Below are positions 11,735 through 25,002 of a stretch of DNA of 38,740 bases, one piece after another. How positions within the stretch are numbered: the stretch's first letter is position 1; each line of letters opens with the position of its first letter. This stretch comes from Chiloscyllium plagiosum (taxonomy: Eukaryota). Below the pieces are notes generated by a model. That model saw nothing but the letters and a program-made list of their open reading frames with translations. It was not told where the DNA came from and did not search any database. The position numbers were made by a program, and so were the translations under genes. Location: assembly GCF_004010195.1 (NCBI RefSeq), contig NC_057757.1:2185940-2224679 (forward strand), read 5' to 3'.

Positions 11735-13050
11735 ACGGGAGGCGAAGTCACATGGTGTCCAGGGTGAGTTGGCACAATAGATACAGGACTGGTGTAGTCA
11801 TTGGAAACAGAGGGCAGAGGTGGAAGGATGCTTTTCAGAATGGAGTGTTGTGACTAGCGGTGTTTCCACAGGGATCAGTGCTGGGACCTCTGCTGTTCAT
11901 GGTCTACGTAAATGATTTGGGGGGGGTGGAGAATGTAACTGGTCTAATTAGCAAGTTTGCGGATGATACAAAGATTGGAGGAGTTGTGAATAGTGAGGTG
12001 CGTTGTTAGAGAGGATACAGCCGGATATAGATCAGTTAGAGGCATAGGCAGAAAAATGGCAGATGGAGTTTAATCTGGGCAAACGAGAGGTGATACATTT
12101 TGGAAGATCAAGTGGAAATTATAGTGTGAATGGCAGAACCCGTGGGCGTTTTGATATGCAGGGGGTTCTGGGTCCACAGATCACTGAAGGTGGCACTGCA
12201 GGTAGGTAAGGTAGTAAAAAGAAAACAGTCTATGGCATGCTTGCCTTCATTGGAAAGGACATTGAGTACAAGGATAGAGAAGCAATGCTGCAGTCTTACA
12301 GAACGTTAGTCAGGCCACACTTGGAATATTGTGTACAGTTCCATTCACCACATTATCAGAAGGATGTGGATGCTTCAAGAGGGTGCAGAAAAGGCTTACC
12401 TGGATGTTGCCTGGTATGGGGGATTTTAGCTATGAAGAAAGGTTGGATAGACTGGGTTTGTTTTCACCGGAACGCAGGAGGTGGAGGGGCGACCAGATAG
12501 AAGTTTATAAGATTGTGAACGGTGTGGATAGAGTGGAAAGAGGCTTTTTCCCCAGGGTGGAGGGTCAGTTACTAGGGGCCACAGATTCAAGGTGTGGGGG
12601 GGAGGGGGACGTCTAAAAGAGATGGAGACTGGTACAATTGCAACATTTAAGAGGCATTTGGATGGGTATATGAATAGGAAGGGTTTGGAGGGATATGGGC
12701 CGGGTGCTGGCAGATGGGACTAGATTGGGTTGGGATATCTTGTCGGCATGGATGGGTTGGACTGAAGGGTCTGTTTCCGTGCTGCACATCTCTATGACTC
12801 TATGACTGTATGTGCGAGGCAAGTTTTTCACACAAAGGGTGTTGAGTGCCTGGGACGTGTTGCTCGAGGAGGTGGTGGAAGCAGACACAATAGCAGCAGT
12901 CAAGAAGCACCAAGGTGAATATATGAACAGGAAGGGAATAGAGGGACACAGATCCCACAAGTGAAGACAGTTTTAGTATAGAAGGGCAAAATGTGTCAGT
13001 TTAAGCTGGAGGACCGAAGGGCCTGTTCCTATGCTGTATTGTTCTTTGTT
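11735..13050 (+). mobile_element. HER1/CR1-type LINE fragment with a nested HER1 3' tail (~12622-12808)
   Basis: QGSVLGPLLF, KFADDTKIGG and [15 protein letters not shown]; nested tail ending CTATGACTCTATGACT. Confidence 0.88.
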
Positions 13051-13844
13051 AATGAAGTATCTTGAACACTTGGAAAGTGAGGATGCTGGGTAACAGATGT
13101 GTGCACTGTACATGTTGGAAATAAACTGATGATGAAGAAAAATATTCGCGTCTTGTTTTATACTTGTACAACTGGCTTGTGAGCAGCTTAAGGTAGCTTT
13201 CCATTTCTAGTGAAAAATAACATGCCCCTTTTTCATCCTGTTCTGTAACCTCTCACCACCTCCCTCCCCCCACCCACCCAGTAACATGCTGGTCAGTTTA
13301 AACAGGACCACTTCCATTATGTTGGTATCCTTCCCAATCTGGATGCTCAGAACCACTCATTACCCTCCAACAGATGCTTTTTATTTAAATACAAGTTTGT
13401 CTTGACCTTTAACCCAGGCCTTGAAATGATTCAGTCCTGAGGACACATCTGAACGCATTGGGGCAATCTGACCAGATGTTTGAAACAGCTGGGAGGATTG
13501 GAGACAAGTGATTTCCTCTGGTGCTGCAAATTAGACCCAAAGGGAACTAAATCTCGACATTCCAGACAAGCTGATCAGGGGGGAGGTGATGCTAAGGGAA
13601 TGCTTCCTCACACTAACAAGAGTGGAAATATAAGTTTCTCTTCCCCTACACATCCCCCTGCCCCCAAAATAAAATCTATGGGTTTCTTTTCACTCTTTGT
13701 TGCCCGTCTCTAATTGTCCGATGGAGAAGCTGCCTTCTTGAGCCGCTGCACTCCTGTGTGGTGTAGGGACACCCACACAGCGCCGTTAGCGAGGGAGCTC
13801 CAAGAAGGAACAGCTGATATATTTCCAAGTCAGGAAGGGTGAAT

Positions 13845-14180
13845 CTGAAGTTTATAAAATCATGAGGGGCATAGATAAGGTGAATAGGAATGGACTTTTC
13901 CCCAAGGTGGGGGGATGGGGGCTGTTCAAAACTGGAAGGCACATGGTTTAAGGTGAGAGGGGAAAGATTTAAGAGGGGCAACCTTTTTACACTTACAAGG
14001 TAGTTCGTGGGTGGAATGAACTGCCAGAGGAAGTGGTGGATGCAGATACAGTGACAACATTTAAAAGATTTAGAGGGATATGTGCAGGCAATTGGGACTA
14101 AGTTAGTTCAGGAAACCTGGTCAGTGTGGGCTGATTGGACTGAAGGGTCTGCTTCTGTCCAGTCTGACTCAATGACTTGA
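13845..14180 (+). mobile_element. HER1/CR1-type LINE 3' fragment
   Basis: GTTTATAAAATCATGAGGGGCATAGATAAGG through the tail; matches other copies in the window. Confidence 0.8.
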
Positions 14181-14185
14181 AGTGA

Positions 14186-14547
14186 ATATTTAAGGCAGCA
14201 GTGGACAGGACAGATATTTAAGGTGGCAGACGGGGTGGATATTTAAGGCGGCAGACGGGGTGGATATTTAAGGCGGCAGTGGACAGGACAGATATTTAAG
14301 GCGGCAGACGGGGTGGATATTTAAGGCGGCAGACGGGGTGGATATTTAAGGCGGCAGACGGGGTGGATATTTAAGGCGGCAGACGGGGTGGATATTTAAG
14401 GCAGCAGTGGACAGGACAGATATTTAAGGCGGCAGACGGGGTGGATATTTAAGGCGGCAGACGGGGTGACAGATATTTAAGGCGGCAGACGGGGTGGATA
14501 TTTAAGGCGGCAGACGGGGTGGATATTTAAGGCGGCAGACGGGGTGG
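14186..14547. repeat. Minisatellite, 14 units of 25 or 28 bp
   Basis: ATATTTAAGGCGGCAGACGGGGTGG interspersed with ATATTTAAGGCRGCAGTGGACAGGACAG. Confidence 0.95.
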
Positions 14548-15509
14548 TTTGTGAAAGGTGCTATAGAAATGTGCATTCATTTCTTGCATTCTCTCAACTC
14601 AAACAGGTAGGCCTCGACTTGTTTTCCATACTTTAGAATCTCATCAGCATGGCTCTAAACAAACCAGGAATTAATATCTTTGACGTCATCGTTGTGGGGA
14701 AGCTCACATAACTGAAGAGAACATGTTGTGAAATGTTTTTTTGGCATAGGGTTCCCAATGCAAAGACAGCCAAAGATTTAGGTGGTACATTGATCCTGTG
14801 AATTCAGGGCAGACACTTGCTGCCCTTACAGCAGTGTATGCCATCTGCAAGATGCACTGCAGAAATTTCACCAAGGCTCCTTGGACAGTACCTTCCAAAC
14901 CCACGACCAATTCCATCTAGAAGGACAAGGGCAGCAGATACACGGGAATGCCCCCCCCCCCGCAAGTTCCCTTCTCCATCCTGACTTGGAAATGTGTCGG
15001 CTGTTCCTTCAGTGTCGCTAGGTCAGAATCCAGGAACTAACTCCCCAACGGTGCTGTGAGGGTGTCCCTACACCACACGGGACTGCGATGGTTCTGGAAG
15101 GCAGCTCACCCTCCCCCACCTACTCAAGGGAGTGACTCGGGACAGGGCATTAAATATTGGGCTTGTCAGTGACACTACAAACTAGGACTTGCCTCGAATT
15201 CACTGCTGGTTTTATTCCTGACTTTCTTCTACGTAGAGGAGTATCCCTGCTCTAAGATAAACACTGAGGAAACTGCATTCATAACATGTCCGCGCAGATG
15301 GATTACGCTGCTGTAAATATTCCCAACATTAACAGAAGGCAGCGAGAATGGGAGAGATGCTTGGTTAGCCAGGATAGGGAAGAGAGATTGCACTCTCTGT
15401 GTCACTATGCATACCTCCAGACTGCAACATGTATATAACAAGGGCACATTGCCACAGCATCTGAAAGTTCCTGAGACAACTGTAATATGCAAATTATATA
15501 CAATCACAG

Positions 15510-17100
15510 TACACAGAACATTGAACATCACAGCCTCGATGTTGCACTGACCTGTTAAACCAATCTGAAGCCCATCTAACCTACACTATTCCATTTTCAT
15601 CTATATGTCTATCCAATGATCATTTAAATGCCCTGAAAGTTGGATAGTCTACTACTGTTACAGGCAGGGCATTCCACACCCCTACTACTGAGTAATGAAA
15701 CTACCTCTGACGTTTGTCCTATATCTATTACCCCTCAATTTAAAGTTATGTCCCCTCATGCTAGCCCATCACTATCTGTGCAAAACAGCCCACACTGTCC
15801 ACTCTATCTAACCCTCTGATTATCTTATATGTCTCAATTAAGTCACCTCTCAACCTTCTCTCTAATGAAAACAGCCTTTCCTCAAGACCAGGCAACATCC
15901 TAGTAAATCTCCTCTGAACCCTTTCCAAAGCTTCCACATCCTTCCTATAATGCGGTGACCAGAACTGTACACAATACTCCAAGTGCAGCCGTACCAGAGT
16001 TTTGTCCAGCTGCAGCGTGACCTCATGGTTCCGAAACTCAATCCCTCCACCAATAAAAACTAATAAAAGAAACAGATCCTTCGGCCCAACCAAACTAAAC
16101 TAGGCCCACCTGCCTGCTCCTGGCCCATATCCCTCCAAACCTTTCCTATTCGTGGACTTATCCAAATGTCTTTCACACATTGTAACTGTCCCCACATCCA
16201 CCACTCCCTCTGGAAGTTCATTCCACACATTAACTACTCTGTAAAAAAACAAAATGACCCTCATGTCTTTTTAAAATTTCTCTCCTCTCACCTTAAAAAT
16301 ATATTCCATGGTCTTGAAATCCCCCACCCTAGGGGAAAGACACCTACCATATCTATACCCCTCTATAGCCCTCATGGTTTTATAAATCTTTATCAGGTCA
16401 CCCCTTAACCACCTACAACTCCAGTGACAAAAGTCCCAGCCTTTCTTTATAACTCAAACCTTCCCTTCCCAGAAACACCCTGGTAAATCTCTTCTGAACC
16501 CTCTCCAGTTTAATAATATCCTTCCTATAACAGGGCGACCAGAACTGGACACAGTATTCCAGAAGAGGCCTCACCAAAGTCCTGTACAATCTCAATATGA
16601 CGTCCCAACTTCTGTACTCTGAGCAATGAAGACAAGTGTGCTAAACGCCTTCTTAACCACCCCGTCTGCATATGACAACACACAGAGTCATAGAGATGTA
16701 CAGCACGGAAACAGACCCTTCGGTCCAATCCGTCCATGCCGAGCAGATATCCTAACCCAATCTAGTCCCACCTGCCAGCACCCGGCCCATATCCCTCCAA
16801 ACCCTTCCTATTCATATACCCATCCAAATGCCTCTTAAATGTTGCAATTGTACCAGCCTCCACCACTTCCTCTGGCAGCTCATTCCATACACGTACCACC
16901 CTCTGTGTGAAAAAGTTGCCCCTTAGGTCTCTTTTATATCTTTCCCCTCTCACCCTAAACCTATGCCCTCTAGTTCTGGACTCCCCGACCCCTATTTACC
17001 CTATCCATGCCCCTCATAATTTTGTAAACCTTTATAAGGTCAACCCTCAGCCTCTGACGCTCCAGGGAAAACAGCCCCAGCCTGTTCAGCCTCTCCCTCA
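15510..17100 (-). mobile_element. Cluster of three HER1/CR1-type LINE 3' fragments
   Basis: Minus ORFs 15761-16093, 16413-16595 and 16762-16953 with [10 protein letters not shown] and NFFTQRVVRVWNELPEEVVEAG; three separate tails. Confidence 0.88.
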
Positions 17101-17894
17101 TCTTCCATCATGACCCCCTCCCCCCTTTGCCAGAAGGGTCAAAGTCCAGAACACACAGAGGCCCCTCAGCCCATTATTTGTGTCTTTGACACTGAAGGTA
17201 AAGAGAAACCAAGGGGACTCAGTCAATCCGAGGCGTCACGTATTTCAAAGTCAGTCTGTGGTCATTATTTCAACATGACCCACAAGGCTGACTTCCTCAA
17301 TCGGGTCAGCGAAGACAGAACTAAAGTCTTGCGAACTTGTGCAATTTAGGACACAGTTCACCACAGCCTCCCCCCACCCAGTGTTCAATGTTAGGCACCA
17401 CATTTTAGGAACGGTGGGGTTTACCAGGACAATACCAACGGTAAAGAGACACCAGCTAGAGGTCAAGTCTGGCCGAGTTTGAATCGTACACCTTACAGCG
17501 TTGAGCCCACCCAGCACAGAAACAGGGCCTGCACAGTTGGGCGGGGTTTCCCACAAAAACAGAAGCCATTGCAATTGGCAATTGGGTTCGGGATTCCGAA
17601 CCCAGAGATTTAAAGTAAGCGGCAACTGGATGACAGGGGAAGTGACACATTAAACGCAGAGGGTTGTTAAACAGTTGAGGTGGACTACCTGAGAAAGGGT
17701 GGTGGGATTAACGAGATAGGAACTGGCAATGTGCAATGTGCAAAGTCCTGGAGTTCCATCCCTTATAAGGAACACACCATGTGTTCAAGAAGGCAGGTCC
17801 CCACTACCTTCTCAAAGGGCAATTAGGGAAGGGCAATAAACCCCTGGGCACAGCTGGCAGGATCCACATCACACCCAAAAGAGAATAGAAAGAA

Positions 17895-18435
17895 AATAGG
17901 AGTACTGGAGTTGAGGCATCATGTTGAGGTTGTACAGGATATTGGTGAGGCCTCGTCTGGAATACTGTGTCCAGTTCTGGTCGCCCTGTTATAGGAAGGA
18001 TATTATTAAACTGGAGAGGGTTCAGCAGGGAATGGAGGGTTTGAGTTATAAGGAGAGGCTGGAATTTCTTTCACTGGAGTGTAGGAGGTTGAGAGGTGAC
18101 CTTACAGCGGTTTATAAAATCCTGAGAGGCACTGATAAGGTTAATGGTAAGTTTCTTATCCTGAGGGTGGGGGATTTGAAGACTAGGGGGCATATTTTTA
18201 AGGCCAGAGGAGAGAAAATTGAGAGAGAGACGCGGGCAACATTTTCATGTGGAATGAACTTCCTGAAGATGTGGTGGAGGTCGGCACATTACATTTAAAA
18301 GTTAGATAAGCACATGAATAGGAGAGGTTTGGAAGGATGTGGACCAGGAGCAGGCAGGTGGGACTGGTTTAGTTTGGGAACATGGTCAGCATGGATTGGT
18401 TGGACCAAAGAGTCTGTTTCGGTGCTGTGAGACTT
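17895..18435 (+). mobile_element. HER1/CR1-type LINE 3' fragment
   Basis: ORF 17921-18298 [19 protein letters not shown]. Confidence 0.88.
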
Positions 18436-19147
18436 GAAGCATGTTAACTGACAGAGTAGGAGGCATTGTGTTGGCAGGGTGGTGTCCCTGCCTCTGCTCC
18501 AGAAGATCTTGGTTCGAGACTCAATGCAGGAACTATTGGCCTGAATGGGAAGGTGGGCTCGGAATGTGCTCAAACAGACAGAGTGCCAATCTACAAATCC
18601 TTCCAATGCACCAACGGCAGCAGGCAACAGAAGGAGAGAGACTCCTGGTCAATCCTGCTTGACAGAATGACAAACCTCCCTACATCCCTCAAGCTGCAGC
18701 CTCTAACCTCAGCCTGGAAACCTCTTTTGGTTGAAACAAGTCAAACAGAAAACTGTTGCAATAGCTTGAAGAGAGGGAAGAACTGGTGGGGTTCTGAAGG
18801 AACACTCATCCAATGGCTATCTTTCGTGGGCACTGCGGGCAGGAAGGCCTCCTCTGTGCTGCCACGGTTCAAACTGATTCATTTTACAGGCGTTTCTTGA
18901 CAGCCAGTAGAGACCTCGTCCAAACTTTTGCTATTCAACTGTGGGGGAAATCGCAATTGAGGCCAACATTTCCCTCCACTGCCAGAGATTTGAAAAAAAA
19001 AATTCCTAAACAGTTAGCAGGCAGGAGGGATCATTTCCCTCTTCCTGATCACAAAAGCATTGCAGGAACACTCTCTCAGCCCCTGGTTATTGACATGAAC
19101 TGATGGCCGACCTAAGGCTTTGGCTCAGGACCATACTAGGGGAGACT

Positions 19148-19441
19148 TTAGATTCCCTACAGCGTGGAAACAGGCCCTTCGGCCCAACAAGTCCACACCG
19201 ATGCTCCGAAGAGTATCCCACCCAGACCCATTCCCCTACATTTCCCCCTAACTAATGCACCTAACACCATGGGCAATCTAGCACAGCCAATTTACCTGAC
19301 CTGCTCATCTTTGGACTGCAGGAGGAAACCAGAGCACCCGGAGAATGTGCAAGCTCCACACAGACAGTGGCCCGTGTTTGGAATCGAACCCGGGTCCCTG
19401 GTGCTGTGAAGCAGTGCTAACCACTGAGCCACCGTGTGCCC
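19148..19441 (-). mobile_element. HE1 SINE
   Basis: Colinear with the other HE1 copies. Confidence 0.88.
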
Positions 19442-19707
19442 AGGGGAAGAGGCCACTTGCTGTCTGGGTTTCAGGTTGCTGTGTTCATACTATAGCGTCA
19501 GGGTTACGAGGTGGACACATAACTCTGTTTCTGTCACTGAACACAGGCTTTAGTTCATTGACAAGACCTTGCCAAGGACACCACGTTCTGAGGCCAGCAG
19601 GGGGCAAGGCTGGAGTTGTGGGGGCTGGTGGAAGTTGGTTTAAGAAGCAAAGCACACCTCCTGGTGTGTTCAAAGACACATTGGAGCCAACGACTCGCAA
19701 AGGAATG

Positions 19708-19960
19708 AGAGACAGAGAGAGACACACACAGAGAGACACACAGAGAGACACACAGAGAGACACACAGAGAGACACACAGAGAGACACACAGAGAGACACA
19801 CAGAGAGACANNNNNNNNNNNNNNNNNNNNNNNNNNNNNNNNNNNNNNNNNNNNNNNNNNNNNNNNNNNNNNNNNNNNNNNNNNNNNNNNNNNNNNNNNA
19901 CACACACACACACACACACACACAGAGACACACACACACACACAGACACAGAGAGAGAGA
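19708..19960. repeat. (CACACAGAGAGA)n/(CA)n microsatellite spanning gap 19811-19899
   Basis: Directly visible. Confidence 0.9.
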
Positions 19961-21149
19961 GGCCTGGCATCCTGTGACCAAAGCAGCAGCCTTGAGAAGT
20001 CCCTGGGCCCACAGCCAGCTCCTTATGGTGTTGGACAAATGAACGTTGGGTCAATATTAGTCTTTTCCTCCTCCGACAAGTTTCAATAGCCAAGCTCAGT
20101 GTCACTCAGTCTCTGCGGCTCAAACTAATACATCCCCTACACAACAGCCTGCCCAACAATGTGCTCAAATCTCCCCTGCATGGGATGGGAACGTGTTGTG
20201 TGTGTGTGGTGGGAGGGGGGGAAGGAAGGAAGGAAGGAAGGGCAGAGACAGAGAGAGGCAGGGGCGGAGGTATATATAGATATAGAGAGAGAGATAAGCA
20301 GGGGCAGAGAGAGAGAGAGAGAGAGACAGGGGTTTCGGGTGGGAAGTTGGGGCCTGCAGTGGAAATCGGGATACATGAGAGGCCAAAGTTGGGTAAATCC
20401 CCTCAGCGTTATCCAGTGAACACAAGATTGTAATGTGGCTTCCTCACCGGGGGCTGCTTAGCTCTGACACTTGGTGCTTTTTATAGAGCTGGCAGGAACT
20501 AGCCCTGGCACCTGATCCACTCGTGGCGAGTCAACAACCCAACCCAGAGACTGTGGATGGGCACTGGCAGGAAGCGATGGCATACAGACAGCCCACAGAT
20601 TGACTTGCTGCCAATGGCCCAATCCACTGGGCAGACACAGACACACACAGACACACACAGACACACACAGACCTGCCTCTGCCGCTGAAACATCAGCTTG
20701 CTGGCCCCACTTACACAGCACCCTGAGCTAGGGACTGTGATCCCTGCCCCCTCACCCTCTCTCCCAGCCAGCCCTTGATAAACAAACTCGGGACAGCGAG
20801 ATTTCTCTGTCCAAGTTCTACCGTGGGACGGTGAGCATCATCGCTGATTGCAGAAGAGGGGGAAAAAAAAAACTCAAAACAACTGCGGATGCTGCACATC
20901 AGAAACAGAAACTGCTGGAGAAATTCAGCAGGTCTGGCAGCAGCTGTGCAGGGGAGAGAAACTGCGTTAATGTTTCGAGTCCAGTGATTCCTCTTTGGAA
21001 ATGTTAACTCTGTTTTCTCTCTCTCTCTCTACAGATACGGCAAGACAGAGTATCACCAACAATTGTCCCTTGAACGGAGTGGCTCGCTCGGCCATTTTGG
21101 GGAAGGGGAAGTCAGTTAAGAGTCAGTTGCATTGACTGAGGGGTCTGAA

Positions 21150-21580
21150 GAGTCAGACACGTACAGCACATAAACACACCCTTCACTCCAACTCGTCCAT
21201 GACGACCAAACATCCTAACCTAATCTCATCCAGCACTTGGCCCATATCCCTCCAAACCCTTCCTATTCATGTACCCATCCAGATGCCTTTTAAATGCCGT
21301 AATTGTACCAGCCTCCACCACTTCCTTTGGCAGCTCATTCCGTACACACACGTGAAAAAGTTGTCCCTTAGGTCCCATTTAGATCTTTCCCCTCTCACCC
21401 TAAACCTATGCCCTCTAGTTCTGGACTGCCCCACCCCAGGGAAAAGACTTTGTCTATTTATCCTACCCATACCCCTCATGATTTTATAAACCTCTACAAG
21501 GTCACCCCTCGGTCTCCGACGTTCCAAGGAAAACAGCCCCAGCCTGTTCAACCTCTCCCTATAGCTCAAACCCTCCAGAC
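21150..21580 (-). mobile_element. HER1/CR1-type LINE 3' fragment
   Basis: ORF 21267-21569 YRERLNRLGLFSLERRR-RGDL. Confidence 0.88.
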
Positions 21581-22230
21581 TGGATAAGGAGGGAGGATTT
21601 CCCTTTATGAAAGGGGTATTAATGATCCAGACGGGTTTTTATAAATCGATGATAGCTGCTCAGATTATTCCAGATTTATTAACTGTGTTTAAATTCAGAA
21701 GCTGCTACTCTCAGATTCAAACTCACAATTGTTGGCCCCGATTCCCAAATTATCACAATCATCATATCACAAGGACTTTCACGTCTTGTCCCCCTCAGGA
21801 TGAATATATGAATAGGAAGGGTTTAGAGGGATATGGGCTGGGTGCTAACAGGTGGGACTAGATTGGGTTGGGATATCTGGTCGGCATAGACGGGTTGGAC
21901 CGAAGGGTCTGTTTCCATGCTGTACATCTCTATGATTCCTGTCTCCACTGTTGGTTCATTGTGGAGTTTTCTTGTCAGATTAATATACTCCATAAAGTTT
22001 CTCTTTAACAGCCGGTTCAGGGCTCACAAAATAACTTTCACACTTTTAATGCCCAGGTTAGGGTTCAAAGTGCGGCACTCCCTTGGCGCTGACCCGTCAG
22101 AGGGTCAGCGCCGAGGGAGTGCCCATAGTGTCAAAGATCAGGCTGCCACTGTTTTGGGGAATGTAGGGATAGATCGTCTCTGGCAGATGAACCCCAACGT
22201 ATTCCCAATTGGACGCCCACTACTGCACTG

Positions 22231-22232
<2 letters not shown>

Positions 22233-22267
<35 letters not shown>

Positions 22268-22430
22268 AGAGAGAGAGTGCGCATGAGAGAGAGCGAGAGA
22301 GAGCGCACGCGAGAGTGAGAGAGAATGTGCGAGAGCACGAGAGAGTGCACGCATGGGAGTGCATGAGAGAGAGTGCGAGATAGTGTGCAAGAGAGAGAGA
22401 GACCGCGAGAGAGACTGCGCGCGTCTGTGT
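22233..22430. repeat. (TG)n plus degenerate (GA/GC)n low-complexity tract
   Basis: Directly visible. Confidence 0.85.
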
Positions 22431-23708
22431 GTTGGGTGGTGGGGGGGGCGGTGGAGGAGTGGGTGGGGTGTTGCTGTGTGCAGACAGACTGCCCCATAGC
22501 CTGCAGCAGCAGCAGGGACATGCCTGTACGTGCTGCTGCAGACTGCCTACACCTTGCCAGCTCTGCCTGGCTTTTGACAGCCCACTGTGTCGTTTGCCAA
22601 GAGCTCACCGCAGGAGTGCGTCACTGTGTGGATGTCGGTTTCCAAAGGGGGCTGCCAGCAACTGAGAGGGCCAAGAGAGGTTTTTTTTGTTGTTGTGTTT
22701 TTTTTAAAAAAAAAGCTCTTCCCCTTAGCAGTTCCTTCCACACCTGGCACGGAGCTCTGCTTGTGACGCTAAGAAATGCAAACAGTAAGGTCTGGTCATC
22801 AGTTTCCACTTCACGCTGCTCCCGACCCCTGTCCAATCCCCATCCAAACCCTCCCCCTGGTGATCTCCTGGGTGGTGGTGGGTGTCCCCAAGTGGTCACC
22901 AGTGACCTCCGTTTAAGAGCAGCGTGGATGCCAGGAAAATCACATACAAATGTGATCCCACAGTTACACTCAATCAGGACGCCTAACATGCAGCTGTAAC
23001 GTCAACTGAGATGGAAGTTAACATTCACTAGGTGTTGAACTGCAGCCCCTCCCATTGGCATCCACATTGGAAGCTGTAGGAGGCCATTCAACCCCTTGAG
23101 TCTGCTACACAGGTCACACCTTCTCAGATCACAACCTCAACTCCCGTCAACTTCCAATAACCATAGACCCCCTCCTCGGTCAAGGATAAACATTTGCAGT
23201 GGTACATCAGGGGATTATAAACTGAGCAGGCTGGAGACTGCTCCCATCATACCCCCTTAAGGTGAGCACCAAAGAGCAATGGCTATCCTATACTGGACAG
23301 GAACAAAGCTTCCTTTTGATTCATTTACAGAATGTGGCTGGGCCAGCATTTATTGCCCCTCCCCGAGGGCAGTTAAGAGTCAACCACATTGCTGTGGGCC
23401 TGGACGCCCACGTAGGCCACTCCAGGTAAGGACAGCAACTTCCGTCCTTAAAGGACATGAGTGAATCAGACAGATATCACCCCACCGCCCCCGACAATCA
23501 ACAATTGATTCATGGTCACCAATTTCCCTCCATCTACCGCAGCCGGATTCGAACCCAAGGTCCCTAGAACGTTACCTAGGTCTCTGGAGTAACACCGCGA
23601 GGCCGTCTCATCACTCTGCCACCTTTGACTGTGTAGGCTTGCACAGGGTGAGTATTGCTTCAGTGGCAGACTGGGGGTTGGATAATAGAATTCTTGCAGC
23701 GATGATAC

Positions 23709-24040
23709 GGATTCCCTACAGTGTGGAGACAGGCTCTTCGGCCCAACAAGTCCACACCGACCCTCCGAAGAGTAACCCACCCAGACCCATTCCCCATTAC
23801 TCTGCATTTACCCCTGACCAATGCATCCAACTCACATATCCCTGAACACTACAGGCAATTTCCCATGGCCCTTCCACCCTAACCTGCACATCTTTGGGTT
23901 GTGGAAGGAAACCCACGCAGACACAGGGAGAATGTGCAGGTTAGTCGCAGAGGCTGGATAGTCGCCAGAGGGTGGAATCAAATCCGGGTCCCAGATTCTG
24001 TGAGGCAGCAATGCTAACCACTGAACCATCCTGTCGTCCC
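23709..24040 (-). mobile_element. HE1 SINE
   Basis: Colinear with the other HE1 copies. Confidence 0.85.
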
Positions 24041-25002
24041 AGGTAACCAGATGGCATCAGGAAACTTTTGTTTGGCCCAAAGGTCATGGGTCAACGTATA
24101 CACAAGATCGACTCTGAACTGGAGTATACATGGTATTAACACACTTGAATTGGTGGAGGTCACCTCAGATGCCAATACAGAGGGCATTGGCAATGGCAAC
24201 TTGCACTTCTTGAAGATGGTAAAACATCCACCTAGGTGTTTCATGGTAGTGCAGGAGGACAGACCAGGGAGAGGTGACCAGAAGCTTGGTCAAAGAGGGT
24301 CGGGCAATGTCTCAGAGGAAGAGGAAGTAGCAGCTGGAGAGCTTAGGGCTCGGGCAGCTGAAGGCTCAGTAACAGTCATACAGTACGGATACACACCCTT
24401 CAGTCCAACATGTCCATGCTGACCAAGTTCCCGAAACTGAATTAGTCCCACTTGCCAGCACTTGGCCCATATCCCTCCAAACCCTTCCTATTCATATACC
24501 CATCCAGGTGCCATTTAAATGTTGCAATTGTACCAGCCTCCACCACTTCCTCATTCCATCCATGTACAACCCTCTGCGTGAAAAAGTTGCCCCTTAGGTC
24601 TCGTTTATATCTTTCCCCTCTCACCCTAAACCTATGTAGTCTAGTTCTGGACTCCCTCACCCTGGGAAAAAGACGTGCGCTATTTACTTTATCCATGCCC
24701 CTCATGATTTTATAAGCCTCTATAAAAAGGTCAGCCTCCTACACTCCAGGGAAACAATTCCCAGCCTATTCTGATAACTCAGTCTTGGCAATATCCCAGC
24801 GAATCTTTTCTGAACTCTTCCCAGTTTAATAACATCCTTCCTATGGGACAGATGTCAGAGGTAGTTTCTTTACTCAGAGAGTAGTCAGGGCGTGGAACAG
24901 TAGTAGACTCCAGGTGAGTGGTGCTGGAAAAGCACAGCAGATCAGGCAGCATCTGAGCAGGAAAACTGCTCATCATCAGGAATGAGACACAGTAGTAGAC
25001 TC

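Noticed and set aside
14186..14547. CRISPR-like regularly spaced repeats (also 27772-28385 and 7124-8010)
   Set aside because: No unique spacers, no cas genes, vertebrate DNA; these are tandem repeats.
15190..15325. Minus-strand exon candidate with LRRRK furin-like motif
   Set aside because: Would need a GC donor; other frames have stops; no AAHYE/ASHFE-like motif.
20715..20843. 129-nt minus-strand exon candidate with good AG/GTAAGT sites (contains IKGW)
   Set aside because: Open only in phase 2, incompatible with the phase-0 exon 1, and the polypyrimidine tract comes from a repeat tail.
22373..22999. 208-aa ORF
   Set aside because: Begins in low-complexity dinucleotide sequence and has no recognisable domain.
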